DNA of 64,000 nt, from the NCBI GenBank assembly GCA_951406725.2, contig OX597816.1, positions 79,360,001 to 79,424,000 on the forward strand. Reading direction: 5' to 3'. The DNA is from Octopus vulgaris (lineage: Eukaryota). A program made the position numbers and the translations under genes. Below, piece after piece: positions 1 to 14,855 of the stretch; the first letter of the stretch is position 1, and every line of letters begins with the position of its first letter. The notes beneath the pieces were generated by a model that was not told the DNA's origin, ran no database searches, and saw only the letters and a program-made list of their open reading frames with translations.

Positions 1-1153
1 CCACGTTTCTGTTCACTCACCAACCACTTTACACTGTAAGAGACCTAAATGACAGATGTATGAATGATAGGGATGAGAAAGATGTGTGATAGGGGAGTAT
101 TTTTAGATAAGTATGTATAGGTAATGCAACATGACTGAAATGACATAGAAATGACAAGTTCATGTAAAGAAGAAAGAGAGATGTCAGAGATTCAGGATGT
201 GCAAAAGAAAAAGTGCAAGAGTGTGTTGGCTGATGAATGACATGCAGTGATGACAGACAATAAAAGAGAGGAGGTTGATGGTAGAGTGAATTTTATGCAA
301 GTGTTCCAATGTAGTCATGCCACTTGGGAGTTTGAATGAAGATGGCATGGTGAATGGGAAATATGTGAGTCTTGTATCCATGAGCTATGCAGTGATAGGG
401 AAATGTGGAGAGGTTAAGAATAGGTGCTGCATCAGAAAAAAAAATTTACAAAGTTATGATTTACACAAGTCCAAAGTTGTAATCTATTTGTGAATACTGT
501 ATAAAAAAAAGTACAAAATAAAGACAACAGATATGATTCTAAAACAATATTTCCTTTTGATCTGTTGGGCTTGGCTCTATCAATAAGAATTATCAGTGAA
601 TTGTAGCAAGTTATAAACATCCTTCAGTTTGTTATAATTCCATATTTTAGATGCTCACTAAGATTGTATAGGGTTAATCCTTTAGAAGTGATGCTAAAGC
701 ATCAAAACCTGATCAGACCTTTCCAACATCTACTAGCTGGATTTCCCAAATATGACATCATGAAACAACCATAGTGTGTTAGCGAGATCATACCTAGATA
801 GAGTATTCATTAGTATAGTGAATAGAGATCCAGTAGGTAGTCCTCAGTTTAAAATGGTTGACTACCCAACTTGCAAATTTTTGATCTGCATGATTGACTA
901 AGATAGGGCTCACAGACAGGAAACATCAGACTGATTAATGTCATTGGCAACTTACTGATTCTCCTCTCTTAAGTTAATATTACACATCAAAAGAATCATG
1001 CTCACCTCATTCTTCTCTGATTTCAAACATTCTGCTTTCAATGCTTCTGTTTATTTGTTGTGTACAATAACAAGCTATTTTTTCAGTTTTGAGAATATTT
1101 TATGACATGAAGTAAATAATGTTGTTGATTTTTTTTCCTCTTTTTCATTAAAG

Positions 1154-1264
1154 ACAGAAGTATTTCCTGTGGTTTCACAGAAGGCACATGCCAGTATAGC
1201 AACTTAACTTACTACTCAGCATGGGAAAGAATAAATTCAAGAAATGATACTAACCTAACAGATG
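1154..1264 (+). CDS. Exon 1: MAM domain 1, N-part
   Basis: ttaaag|...|gtaagt, phase 1-1. RSISCGFTEGTCQYSNLTYYSAWERIN has the CxF...C...W MAM start. Confidence 0.8.
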
Positions 1265-1726
1265 GTAAGTAATTATTCTTTATTTTATATTGCATGAGCC
1301 TTCTTTTATTTCTGATGAATGTATATTTATCAGCAGACTTATGTGTTCAGTTAGTTATCTTTGATTTTTGGGCTTGAAATATAAAGAAGTAAACTTGTGG
1401 AAAACTGAGTCTAAAGCTAAGATTCAATTACTTGTTCAAACCTTTCTACATTTTAATATCTTTGCATGGACATAGGTAAATTCTCATTGAAGCCTTGATA
1501 AATATTTTGTTTTTTTGTTTGGTTTGCACCATTTATCGCTTTGAGGTATTTTGATGTTTATGCTCTTATATAACTTTTATATCATTTTATATCACTTATC
1601 AGTTTATCATTAAAAGGAAATTGCATCTTTGACTCTTAAGGATCTACATATTGGTCAAACAATTTGAATTTTGTGAAGGATAGCAGTTTTGCTGATTGCT
1701 TATATTTACTACATGCATGCACGCAT

Positions 1727-1758
<32 letters not shown>

Positions 1759-2439
1759 CTGTTTGCAGAGAAAAACTAGAGTCAAACATATTTACACACT
1801 TAAAGAAAAAACTTTTCAAACAGCAAACATTTATTTGTTTTTGTTTCTTTTATACTGCTCCTTTTATATTTTTGAGCTAAAAAACATGAAAATCAACAAA
1901 TAACTGTGATCAACAGTTATTTGGATTTTTGCAGCAGACCTAATCAATAAGGTATCATCATACAAGTGAAAGTATTTTCAGCTGGTTTCTATCACCACCG
2001 CTGTGCTATATCCATAATTAAGATACTTAGCTCTCCCAGCTGCAAATAGGTTCCATACAAAGAATAGTTAAAGGAGACTATGGTAGACTATTCTGATTAA
2101 TTATCAGTCATTCAGTTGAGAGGACAGTCCTTTGTATCCTATCATTGATACAACATAGTATTCATGACCAATGTACTTAACTCCAAAATGCCTGAGTATT
2201 CTTAACTATAAATAGGTACAAAGAATTCAGATTCTTCAAGTGATCTCCTGTCAGTTGTAGAATTTACTCTCACAATCCAAATATTTGCTTGTATGTTATT
2301 ATAAAATGTTTCAGAAGGTGAAACTAATAATTATTACCAATTTTCAGAGAAAGAATTTTTTGCTATTTTAAGATGAATTAAATCACATTCAGTATGTCTA
2401 TGTTGCATAATGAATTAAATTTCAAATTTTTTTCTCTAG

Positions 2440-2754
2440 GCTTTTATATGAAAACTAGATGGAACTATGGTGGAAGCATGTTGGCATCTCCAACTGAAAA
2501 TATCACCAACAGCTGTGTACAAATTAGATATAAGATAACCAACAAAAATTGCCAGCTGACCATCTATAATGCCTTTAACAACAACACTAATTTAAGTATG
2601 GTGAGTGATGATACAACTCCATGGGGAATAGCTCAAGTGTATATTCAGCAAGAAATTACAAAACTTGTTTTCCAGGCAAAACGTGTAAGCTATGGAGTGT
2701 GTGAAGTTTTACTTGATTATGTCTACATCAGAGAAAATAATTGTCCACAATTAG
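2440..2754 (+). CDS. Exon 2: MAM domain 1, C-part
   Basis: tctag|...|gtaagt, phase 1-1. GFYM...MLASP...SCVQIRY...W...LDYVYIRENNCP. Confidence 0.88.
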
Positions 2755-4689
2755 GTAAGTTTTTAAATTTACTCTAGTTTTAGAAATTCTGGTTATATCA
2801 AACTAAATAGAAATGTTTTGTTTATTAGACTTTCATGTTTGTGTAGTGTGCACAGGTCCATTGCTGTTCTGGATAATTTTATAAGATTACACTGGTCAGT
2901 CTATATTTGGTAAAACTTTGATCAACCTTCTGTATTGCTTTTTTACCAGGAATTTCTAACTTGACATTCAACCAAATTAGTAGGAATTGTGTTGAAAATC
3001 TTGTCAAATTGAAAATAAAGTTATGTCGTCGGTGCATAATTAGGCTGTTTATGAATGTTTCTTTGCAGATAATGTTGTTTTATGAGTTTTTAAGCATTTT
3101 ACCTATTTTTCAAATATGAAATTTATCACAGCTGAACACTACCTTCAACAAAAGACTAAAGCATTTATTGTTTACAAGTGATCATAAGATCAGTAAGAAT
3201 TTGAGCAAACATATTCAGAAAATGACTTAGTAACAGTTGAGAATTAAAGATATTAAATGGGAAATGATAATGATGTGTTTCAAAAGGGCAGGGCATGGTT
3301 CTCGGCTGACAGTAACAATGATGAAATACTAAAATCATGAGATTGACAGACTGAAAATTCCAGAAATTATCCTCAATTTTCTATTTATTAATTTCATAGG
3401 TCTACAACTGAAAAGTTGTTTTTCATCTACTGGGTGTAATTGATTTTTACCTGCTGATCTCAAAATTTTCAAAGTTATTCTATCATTTACAATTTCTTCA
3501 GAAAATTGATCACTGCATTTTATCATTATGCCCGAACATGACCATTATCTTTTATTATTATGACTAGCTATTTTGACCTGTGCTTTGCTCGAGTTTTGGT
3601 GATGGTGTTGTTTTGTGCATGTTGTCTCCTTTTCCCTTTCTTCTTTTGTTCGTCTTCTTTGCCTGGCTCTTTTTATTGCCCTCTTCTCTATCCCCCCTTT
3701 CCAAAATCCCCCAAATTTTTACACTCACAATTAAAAATGACCGCCTCTAGTCCCTGCAGTAACATGAAAAGCCACCATTATTCAAACAGTGCAACCTGTC
3801 TATCCCATAAAACTCAGTTTTTCCCATATTCTTCACCATGGCAACCAAACGGTAGCCCCGAGTGACTTGCAACTCTCCTCACACCATTGTCCACCCCATT
3901 TTATCCCCCAGTGTAAATTTTGGCACCAATCCGACCCCATCTACCACTCCTTAAAACGTTCCCATCACAAAATGAGACAAATAATCAAGAAATCAAACGA
4001 CTTTTTCACATTTCAGTTTTATAGATATTGATTAATTGCCATATCTATAGACACTATAACAGCATAATTTATAGGAGTTAATTTTGGAAAATAAACATCT
4101 GGCAATATATAAACTGCTTCAGCTACATAGAGAAGTGCCTACATCTCTAGCTTCAGTCACCCACAAGCTATGAGGAGAGAAAGATGCACTTTACAATGCC
4201 ATGTTTTTAGGTTACAATGTATCTTTTTTCATTTCAGTTATTTCCTTATGCTTGTTTTCATGTATATATATATTACATACTTATGTCAGGTTGCACTTGA
4301 GCACTGTTGGTGACATATAACCCAATACAACCGATCACATGGTCGGTTCATCAGCAACTAAACTGGCAACCACTGAGTTTGCTTGGTGAAGAGGGTGATT
4401 GTTGGACACCCTGTAGGACAAAAAGTAAGACTCACAAAAAGGTGAAAGAACCTATGAGTAGTCCATTGCCATTCAACAATATATACAAGTGTGTTGTTTA
4501 TTTGTGTATGTGTGTGTTTGTGTGTGTGTATAGGTATATATAGTGTATATTTTTAAACTTCTTTTTATGCTTATATTTTTATATTTCTTTTTATATTCTT
4601 ATTTTAATATTTTTATATTCTATTATATTCCTTTTATAGTTTTATATTTATATTTATACATATATAATTCCTTTTATATACCCTTGGGG

Positions 4690-5810
4690 CATTGAGGGAG
4701 GAATAGTACCTCTAGTGGGGGGGGGGTTATTCATGCTTCTTAGGAGTGACTCATTCACCTTGGTACCCACCAGGCACCCAGCTCTCACCTGTGGCTCCAT
4801 GTACAGTGGACACACCCTAATAAACTACTTTGACTGGTGAGCTAAACCAGCTGAGGGTAGCCTGTGGGTCTCAAGCCCTCAGTGAGATACGAGTTGTCAA
4901 CCCATGCATATGAAGACTGGTTCTGGCATACTGGGTAGCGGAAACTACCAGTGAGGTCCAACAGACAGAAAGGCAATACCAGCAGGAGTTGTAGAGTGCC
5001 TAGAACATGACAAAACACTATAGAACCCTGGCCAGCCACTGCACCAGGAAGGGTCTCCAGCTGTAACACTTTTCTGTGCTCCTGAATGAAGGTTCTTTCT
5101 GCTGAGCAAGTGGTATTGGCCTCTATGCAATGGATCTCCCACTTAAAACAACTTCATGCACTGGTGTCTGTGCTTTTCAGCCTTCCAACTGTCAACCTTA
5201 AGTCCTGTGACAATGGAAAAGTGGTGAAAGGGACAGCTGAAGGTGACCACTAGAAACTTTAGTCACAAGCCTGCTTGGTTGCTGTTCTTTGTATTGGACA
5301 GCAGAGAACTTCGGCAGCTTCCCTGGTGGGTGAGTAGCTTCTTCAGAACAGCACTGCTCATCCTAGTAAGGAAGGGCCTAGAAAAGGCGGCCTAATGAAA
5401 ACTTGCCCTAAACAGTTCTGGCCAGTTAACTGCAGCTAATAGATTTATCCATTTGTGGTCAGTCTAAATTGAGAAAGGAAAACCTAGTTATTGGTACAAT
5501 ATCAACATAGCAGCAATTAGTGAAACTCAACAGGCCAGGGAAGGGGCACTGACAGAATCAGATAGCAGCTACACATTCTTCTGTAAGGGTAAGGCTCTAC
5601 ATGAGGACAAAGTACATGGAGTTGGAGTCACCATCAAGTCCAGTCTCCTAAAACAGATTCCCTGTCTTTCCACTGGTGCAAATGAAAGGCTTCTGAAACT
5701 TTGCCTCCCTGTCAGCAACAAACACTTCATTATCATCATAAGTGTGTATGTCCCTACAATGATGTGCACATAAGAGATCAGAGAGCAGTTCTATGCTGAT
5801 CAAGACTAAG
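4690..5810 (+). mobile_element. RTE-clade LINE 5' relic with AP-endonuclease N-terminus
   Basis: About 5500-5770 reads NIAAISETQ...YTFFCKGK...HGVGVTIK...NERLLKL...IISVYVPT. Left boundary approximate. Confidence 0.7.
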
Positions 5811-5951
5811 CATGTACATGATGACACTTCCAATCGGTTATAATCAGAAGCCATTAGAGCTACTGTCTTGTACTGCACCAGGGCATTTATTATTATTGTT
5901 GTTGTTGTTGTTGTTGTCATCATCATCATCCTTATTGTTATTATTATTATT

Positions 5952-6167
5952 AGGCAGCCAGCTGGCAGAATTGTTAGCACATAGGGCAAATGCTTAATGA
6001 AATTTTGTCCATCTTTATGTTCAAAGTTCAAATTCTGCTGAGGTTGGCTTTGCCTTTCATCCTTTCAGAGTTGATAAAAATAAGTACGAGTGAAACACTG
6101 GAGTCAATGTAATCAACTTGTACCTTCCCCAAAGTTTAAGGCCTTGTGCCTTTAGTAGAAAAGATTA
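5952..6167 (+). mobile_element. SINE family A copy (tRNA-like head)
   Basis: agctggcagaa..gttagca head, gttcaaatt B-box-like motif, tttgcctttcatcctttc core. Repeated at 10.7, 10.8, 14.4, 55.5 and 57.2 kb. Confidence 0.75.
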
Positions 6168-6877
6168 ATATGTATTAATTAAAACTTTAAAATGATTTAT
6201 TAGCATTTGTTATGTTCAACTGAGTTTATCAAATGATTGTACAAAGGGAACTGCTAACTGAAATTTTAGTTGAATTAAAGCTTTTTGAAAACTATAATTT
6301 GGGGTTTATCTCTATGTCAGCTAGGATTTTTGAAGGTTATGAAAACAAAATGGAAATATGTAAAAAGAGAAGACATTTCTGAGTTAAAAGGGTTTATTAA
6401 GAGTTAAAATGAAATGGAGAGAATAATATAGAGAGCTTTTAAATTAAAGAGGGAAGAAAGAAAGCTGTAAGATTCAAAAGCAGAGTTAGTCTTTTGAATG
6501 TGTGTGTGTGGCAACAGCATTCTAAACTTGTGTGCATTATTCTAATGTTAATCTTCTTTGAGAGTCACCAGCTGGTTGGGGACAAAGTGCATTGTGGCTA
6601 TAAAAAGAATTCTTTGGAGAGAAGTCTTAGGAATGTTATACATGTGAGTTTACCATCAGAGAGAATGAGAGAGTGAGTGAGATCGAAGTGGTAGGGGGCA
6701 AATATATTTTGTTACATGAGATTCTTAGCTAATTATGACAAATGTTTCCTGAATTTATTGTATTGCTTCTAAGAAAACAGAAATAGTCAAGTAATACATC
6801 AACAAATTTATATTTTAAGTATTTACATTTAATTACATGTTTTAAAAATGTTCTGTTTTTATTTTCTATTATTTCAG

Positions 6878-6985
6878 AGTGTCCAGCTGGAACAAGAAAG
6901 TGTAAAAATAATTATTGTTATAGTGAATCTAAAGTATGTGACAGAACCAATGATTGTAGTGATGGTAGTGATGAAATGAATTGCA
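6878..6985 (+). CDS. Exon 3: LDLa domain 1
   Basis: ttcag|...|gtaagt. [36 protein letters not shown] has 6 Cys and DxSDE. Confidence 0.93.
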
Positions 6986-8441
6986 GTAAGTGTTTATTTT
7001 GTCTATTATATTCATCATCATCATCATCATCTAATGACTTTTCCATGCTGGTATGGAGTTGGCTGGCTGAAGAGCTGCCCAGACTCCATGTCTATCTTGG
7101 CTTGGTTCTTACAGCTTGATGTCTTTCTAACATCAACTACTTTTCAGAGTGTACTGGGTGTGTTTACGCAGCATCACTATGGTTTTTTTTACATTGCACC
7201 AGCATTCACAAGCCCTCAAGATTCACTAGCCACAATAATATAGTCCCTGTCATTCCTAAGGAAAAAATCTGTAAAAAGACCACATAAAATTGGTCATTCT
7301 GTTCATCTGCCAACTCAGGGTGTGGGGTGTAAGCAGAAATACATGTAACTGTTGATTTTCATGAGATTAGTATAAACTTAATTATCTTTTCATGCACTCT
7401 GACTAACTAGGTTACTAATTTTTATGCCAAAATATGACTACATCACCCACCAAAATTTGCTACCTACCTAAAAGAATTTGTACCTATGTTACTTACCTGT
7501 GAGAAATCTAGCTGAGGCTCCTCTCCATCTTAATTCTTGCACACTACACATGCCTACATGCCTCTTTTCTAGTATTTCAGTATTCTCACCGGTCTTATCC
7601 TTCATTGTAACCAACATTGATTGTAGTTACCCACAAATACGGCAATATTTACCAAGAGAGAAAATTCTCATGTGGTTATATTGTGCATAAGAGCACCTCA
7701 TAGCTATCATCAGCAGCAACAGCATACACTTACCTCTACTTCTGCTATTAAGACTATCAAATCACATGATTTTGATTTGATTTGGCCTTTTCATGGGTAG
7801 ACATCAAGCAGCTGGAAATAGTAGTAACTCTCTATGCTAGCAATATACATAGAAATACAAAGCCAAAATAGGCACTGATATCTCAGAAGGCCAGTGGACT
7901 TATGAAAAAAATAAATAGAGCAACAGAAACAGTATTAATACAAAAGTAAAATATTCACCATTTAAAAGTGGATGCTGTGTTAGAACACATAAATACTGCA
8001 GTATTTATCAAGAGAGAAAACTCTTATGTGGTTATATGATGCATAAAAGCACATCATGATTATTATCAGTGGCAGACAATCACTGCTACTTCCATGTCTT
8101 TGGTGTCTATCATTGAAAAGGCCAAATCAGGCCTAAATCCCGTGATCTGGTAGTCTGAGTGGCAAAAGTTGCAGTCATTGTCTACTACTGGCAATAGCTA
8201 TGACGTGCTGTTGATAATAGTTTCAATGAAGATGTTACTGATGATATTAACAATGATAGTGAAAATACTGACGAAATGGTAATAATGATATTGATGATAG
8301 TATTGAAGATGAAGATGATGATGATATATTGGTGTTAATGATGATAAAAATGATAATGGGGACAATAATATAGATAGTGGAGGTGCTGGTAGGGATGATG
8401 ATGATGATTAATTCAATTTGCATTTTCTCTTTCCTTACTAG

Positions 8442-8549
8442 GTTCTTCAATTTCCTGTCCTTTCAAATCAAAATACTATTGTGGTTATAAAATTGTAAAT
8501 GGATGGAAACATGTATTAAATGAAAATGTGCCACACTTTGCTGTTCCTG
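8442..8549 (+). CDS. Exon 4: MAM domain 2, N-part
   Basis: actag|...|gtaagt, phase 1-1. SSSISCPFKSKYYCGYKIVNGWKHV. Confidence 0.82.
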
Positions 8550-9770
8550 GTAAGTATAGTGGCCACTTACCTTTCAGTATAAGTATTGCCTTTTACATTC
8601 TCCTCCTGAATCTCTTTCTTCTCATTTTATTATTTTTTTCTTATTCTTTCTGTTTCACTCATGTACTCCACACATTATCTAATTTCCTAGATAATGCTTA
8701 ATGCATATAGTATTTTCTACTATCCCTATCTGGATTTTAGGGATACACTAGCCAACTGTATCAGAAGTTTGATTCTCAGTTATAAGACTCCAGGATCACT
8801 CCCACTATGGGGTACACTGTGTCTTAGCTTCTGGTTGACCCAGACCTTCTGAGTATCATCGTCATGCAGCATTACACTTAATCTGCTTGAATATTATATT
8901 AAAATTACAGGTGTCAATGGAACCCTCATCTGCTTAATTGAACTACTGAAACCCTAATTTGTTGGAACAGACACAACATCCATTCATTCTTAACTTTTGG
9001 TTTTCCCATCACTAATTGCTAACTTCTCAAGTATCACTTCCTTCAACCTGTTCATTCCTCCTAACTTAGTTTTACTTCTCTTAGCATAACATACCCTCTC
9101 CCCATCCCACAACAGCATTACCCTATTATCACTCTGTACCAGATCATTTATATCATCACATATTTTGTTTTCACATTTTTTGCTAGAACTCTCTTCTTGA
9201 TGTTCTCAGTAGTACAAATGATTGAGTTGATAGGATGTGTACAAACAGTTAAGAGCTTCGCAACATGTATTTTGTTACCAGCACAATGACATGCCATTGT
9301 AACTAATATGGTTAATTGACAATGACCAAATTTAACAAACTATATGAGTCGCAAAGGAATGTAATCCATTAATAGCTGCTTTGGAAAACCGATTTGTATA
9401 ACTGATTTGTTGGACTGCATGGATAAGTTTACTTTAAAGGACAGCATCCCATCTAAGAAAGGATCCTATGTGAAGTAACATTTGTTGTTCAACTGCTTAT
9501 TGTTAGAGAAAGCCAAAATAAGTAGCAGTCCATTTGATAAAAAAGCTTTATGGAAGGAAAACATGTGTTTCTTATATCTTCAACTTTCTGTTTGGAATTT
9601 GGAATTTTTTATTTGTTGGAAGAAACAGTAAATTTATTTGCTAATGTTTCAACAAATAATGACTTATTTTTGAAGAAAAGTTAGAAACTCTGGCTTTTCA
9701 CCCATTCAATTGTTTGCTTTGCAATTCAGTGATTCTGCTGATATTTTTGATAATATTCTTTAATTTACAG

Positions 9771-10094
9771 GTAGTATGCTGATTGTAAGAGCAAAAGGGA
9801 AAATGCTATCACCCATAGAAACATTGGCAGATTCATGTGTGAAATTCCAATATACTTCAGCTTCTGATTTAACTGGAAATTTCTCAGTTATTTGGAATCA
9901 ATGGAATGTTACTACTGGAATTTTACATCGTCAAACTTGGAATGAATTATATTTTAATGACATGTATGGATCTTATGAAGGACGACTCCAGTTATCTGCA
10001 GGGAAAGGTTTTCTTGAATTCATAGCAGATGTTGGGTCTGCAGGTCTGGCAATTAATAATGTTACAGTTTTTGAAGGAACCTGTCCTGAATTAA
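9771..10094 (+). CDS. Exon 5: MAM domain 2, C-part
   Basis: tacag|...|gttagt. GSML...MLSP...SCVKFQY...W...LAINNVTVFEGTCP. Confidence 0.88.
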
Positions 10095-10659
10095 GTTAGT
10101 AATTAATTTTATCTTATTTTAATTTTTCATCGTTTGATTTTTATTTTCTTAATTTTGATCAATGATCACAGTCAGAACAGCTTTCATTATAGATTTGCTC
10201 AATGAAAATTGAAGTTAAATAAAAGCAACAAATTTGTGGAAGGCAAACAGGTACCATATCATCATCATCATCATCATCGTTTAACGTCCGTTCTCCATGC
10301 TAGCATGGGTTGGACGGTTCGACCGGGGATCTGGGAGGCCAGAAGGCTGCACCAGGCTCCAGTCTCCATATGTTTCTACTAAATGTTTAGGTGCTAGATA
10401 TTTAGGTGCTTTTGGTTAAAGATATTGCTTTTAATTATAGATACTTGAGTTCCTGTCTTGTCATCATCATCATCATCATTTAACATCCACTTTCCATGCT
10501 GGCATGGATTGGACAGTTTGACTCAGGACTGGCTGCACCAAGCTCTAATCTGATTTGACAAGGTTTCTACAGCTGGAGGTTCTTCCTAATGCCAACCACT
10601 CTGAGAGTGTAGTGGGTGCATTTTATGTGCCACCAGCACTTCAACTTAATTTCAACATT

Positions 10660-11007
10660 AAATTTTCACCTACCAAGGTCGACTTTACCTTTCATCCTTT
10701 CAGGGTTGATAGATTAAGTATCAGTTATGTACTGGGGTCGATCTAATCGACTGGCCTCCTCCTCCAAAATTTCAGGCCTTGTGCCTAGAGTAGAAAAGAA
10801 TCAAGGTGGAAACGTTAACATGCTAGGTGAAATGCTTAGCGGTATTTTTTCAGTCTTTATGTTCTGAGTTTAAATTCTGCTGAGGCCGACTTTGCCTTTC
10901 ATCCTTTTGGGGCTGATAATTTAAGTACCAGTTGAATACTGGGGTCAATCTAATTGACTAGCCTCCTCCCTCAAAATTTCGGGCCTCGTGCCTAGAATAG
11001 AAAAGAA
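10660..11007 (+). mobile_element. Two tandem SINE family A copies (first is 5'-truncated)
   Basis: Two successive ctttcatcctt...ctggggtc...gtgcctaga.tagaaaagaa units. Confidence 0.75.
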
Positions 11008-12726
11008 AAAATTTCATTTGTGACAAAATATTTTCGTTGCTTTGAAACCATGATCTGTTCACTGACAAAACTTCACAAAAGTGATGTGGCACGAAGTTTT
11101 GTCAGTGAGCACACACACACACACACACACACACTCACGTACACACATTCATTGCCTTTCATTTGTGTGTATGTGTATCTATGTGTGTGTGTATCACTTT
11201 TGAAGTCACTCATGCAACTTTTTTGTGTATATATTGGCTTAGTGGTATAGAATGTTTGGAAACTGTGAATAAGGTGCAAGTTTCAAGTACTTGTTGGTAA
11301 TTTTTTTCTTCTTATATTCTAATAGTAATTACCCAACTTTCTAGGCTCTTCTCACAGCTATTCCACGTTCAAAAAATTATACAGGTGTTTTAAAAAATTT
11401 TCACATAATAAATAATGTTTCTGCATTACATATACATTAATATAATAAACTGTCAGTTTTCCAAATAGCGTGAGAGACTTTGCAAATGAAAATGGAATAC
11501 TCTGCAGTGAATGCAATGAATATTTAAATCGGTGAAGAATTATACACAGTAAATGAAATGAATATTTGCGAGAAATAAGAGTTAAAAAAATTCAATAATC
11601 TTGAGAAATCGAAATTATAGGAAATTTCTTAGAACATGAATTTATAAAAATATTTCCAGAAGTTCAACTAATTGCTTTCTTTTAGTTCTTTTAGTAATTG
11701 TTACATACCTAATTAATAAGCAGCTTTCTCCATTACAGTATAGATTTCAGGAATTCCTATTTACATTGTGTTCCATATAATACATACTATTAATTTATAC
11801 TGTGTTGTTTGTAAAGTAAGCTAAAATATAGCGTCAAATATTTTAATTTTAAGCATGGTACTTAGCCTTAACAGTTTTGCTAAATGAATTTTTAAATTCT
11901 AATCAATTTCTGAAAGATAACCTACTTCAAAATCAAACCTGAAGTTTTAAGCTTAAATGTTAAAATCAGGTAACTATTATTAATATATATTGGTATGTGT
12001 TTCTACAATTAACTTCGGTTAACATTACTATATATAGCAATATTAACCAGAATTAATTTTAGTTATATCCTTAAAATCTGTTATAACACCTACTGACAAT
12101 TTTTCTAACCATTAATCTTTCACATCAGTTTTTGATTAATGTTGACAAATAAAGTGAAAATTTCAATGGTCCCATGGAATATTCTAGAACACTTTAGTGA
12201 TCTTATAAAACCCAGGAATACCGCTCTCTATCGAGTTTATCTTGATTGCATCAGAAACCTCAGAATCTTGAGGGAAACTTTTAATAAGTTCCTCATCCAT
12301 CAACTTTCTCTCTCTCTCAGTTATTATTGTTGTAACCAGAGGGAATGTTCTGTGTTTGGATGAAATTTCTCACCTCTTATCGTTTGGCAATTTTGTTAAT
12401 GCTTAATTCACACACATAACATGCAAAAATACCACAAATTGTACATTGTATATACATATAGAAACGTTTAATGTTGTTAATAAACAGTGTTGAAGATAAT
12501 TCTTTCTTCTCAACTTGTAATTACTTTTGATTATGAACATGTTAATCATATCATAGCCTCATAATCACTAAAATCTTCTCTCATCTATTGAAACATAGTG
12601 TAGACATAGTAAATACAGTATAAATGTATTCTCTAAAGATGAGGTTAATAGTTCACAAAATCTTAATAATGACTCAGCTCACTTATTTTGACATTTCATT
12701 AGCAATTTTTATTATTTATGTTACAG

Positions 12727-12837
12727 ATTGCTCAACGAATAGCTTTAAGTGTTTAGACAATTCAAAATGTATCAATAAAAGAAATCTATGTAACATTTAT
12801 TGGAATTGCAATGATGGCAGTGATGAAAAAAATTGTT
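12727..12837 (+). CDS. Exon 6: LDLa domain 2
   Basis: tacag|...|gtaagt. CSTNSFKCLDNSKCINKRNLCNIYWNCNDGSDEKNC. Confidence 0.93.
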
Positions 12838-13182
12838 GTAAGTAAAAATTCAATATTCAATATTTCAAATGAGGAATAACTATTATTTTTAAAACAAGTG
12901 GTCAGTCTTCAAAATATCTTTTGTTTACGTGCTTGTTTCTGTATATCTTTTTATGAGGGCATGTACATACATACATACATGCATACATATGTGTGTATGT
13001 ACATACATACATACAGATATACATATACACACATATACACATTCATATTTGAATTTGAGAATGAATGTTTTTTGCAAGCGCATGTATGTATATATGTGTG
13101 TATATGTGCAAGTTTAGGAAAGTATTTTGTGCAAATTTTTATCTACCTGTGTGTTCTTTAGTAAATGTCCATTTAAACTGTA

Positions 13183-13246
<64 letters not shown>

Positions 13247-14433
13247 GTTATATGTGATTGTGTGTGATTTTAAAGTTTTCTCTTTGTTTAAGGATGATAA
13301 GCCAAAAGTTGGCTAAAAAGTACTATCCATTATTTGTTTCATGATACATAGATAAGATTTTTAGTATATTATTTCACACAGATTTTGCACTAGGGGACAG
13401 TTAATACTATCAATCTCACCACATAAACTTGTTGAAGATTAAAAAGCATACTAGGCCTTGGAAAGATTTCAACTCAAGTTCTCTGAGCTAGTTGTTTAAT
13501 ATATTTGTTACCATATTGGTATTAATAGTAAGGCTTGGTTCTTCATCAGTAATAACAATGAGTGTTCTAGTCGATTTGTTCAGTGGAACAATCTGTTCAT
13601 GAAATTAACATACAAATGGCTGACCACACTACAGAGATGTGTACCTTTGACGTAGTTCTCTGGTAGATTCAGCATGACACAGAATGTAACAAGGCTGGCC
13701 CTTTGAATTACAGGTACTACTTATTTTTGCCAGCTGAATTTTATGTCAATGAAAATGGACAAAACTACAAATGGTTAATAGGTTCACCTATCTATGAAGT
13801 ACATTCTCCAGAGCAGTAAATATGTGTGTCTGTGTGTGTGCGTGCACGGTGTGTGTATGTGTGTGTGTGTGTGTGTCAGTGAGGGAGAGAGAGAGGGAGA
13901 AAGGGAGAGAGAGATAAAAACAGAGAGAGAGATCTATGTAAAATTTTGTATATATTAATGTAAAGTAATATAGATTTCGTGTCTCTTATAGACTGTTTTA
14001 ACTCCATAGTTAGGTTTTGTTTGTCTTTGCACCAAATTGTCCTTGTTTGGAATTGTCCAGTCCAGAACTGTTTATGAACCCTTAGAAAGTACTGAAAGGT
14101 AGCAAATGAAAATGGAACTTAGCCTTTATCGTAATCTTAAAAAAATTTCCATTCAAAGTATGAAAGATGTAACAAACTGTATTTGATTGCATTTGATTAT
14201 TGACATAAGCAATCATAAATGCAAACAATTCTTATAAAAAGCAATGTTTCATTGCAGTTATATATGCATATCTTTTAAAATTTTATTATATCTCATGGAA
14301 GCAGTAATAACTGATGCAGAAATGCTGGGTTCTGTAGGACTTTTGATCTAAATTATTAATGACCTGTGAAACTACAAGACAAAATTTGATGCTGACACTT
14401 CAAAAATAATTTCAATAATATATCATTAGCTGT

Positions 14434-14610
14434 AAGGTGGCAAGCTAGCAGAAATGTTAGCATGCTGGGTAAAATGCTTAGCGGTATTTCATCTGTCTTT
14501 ACATTCTGAGTTCAAATTCCACCAAGGTTGACTTTGCATACTGGGATCGATCTAATTGACTGGCCCTCCTCCCCAATAATTTTGGGCCGTGTGCCTAGAG
14601 TAGAAAAGAA
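14434..14610 (+). mobile_element. SINE family A copy with internal deletion
   Basis: Same head and tail as the other copies; central core missing. Confidence 0.7.
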
Positions 14611-14720
14611 TATATCATTAGCTGCTCTTATTCTGAAATATCAAGAATATTATTATTGTTGCTAATCATTTAATGTCATTATTTGATCATTTACTTATCT
14701 TCACTTATTCTGAATTTCAG

Positions 14721-14855
14721 CAAAATACTTCAGTTGTGATTTTGAAGATATGTATATGTGTGGTTTTAAAAGTTTCCCAGAAAAATATTGGTTCTTGCAT
14801 ACAGGCCTTTCTGGTGAAAGACCAAAACTTGATCATTCAGAAAGAAGATTTAGTG
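14721..14855 (+). CDS. Exon 7: MAM domain 3, N-part
   Basis: ttcag|...|gtgaag. FSCDFEDMYMCGF...W...RPKLDHS has the canonical MAM CDFE and PxxDH motifs. Confidence 0.88.
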
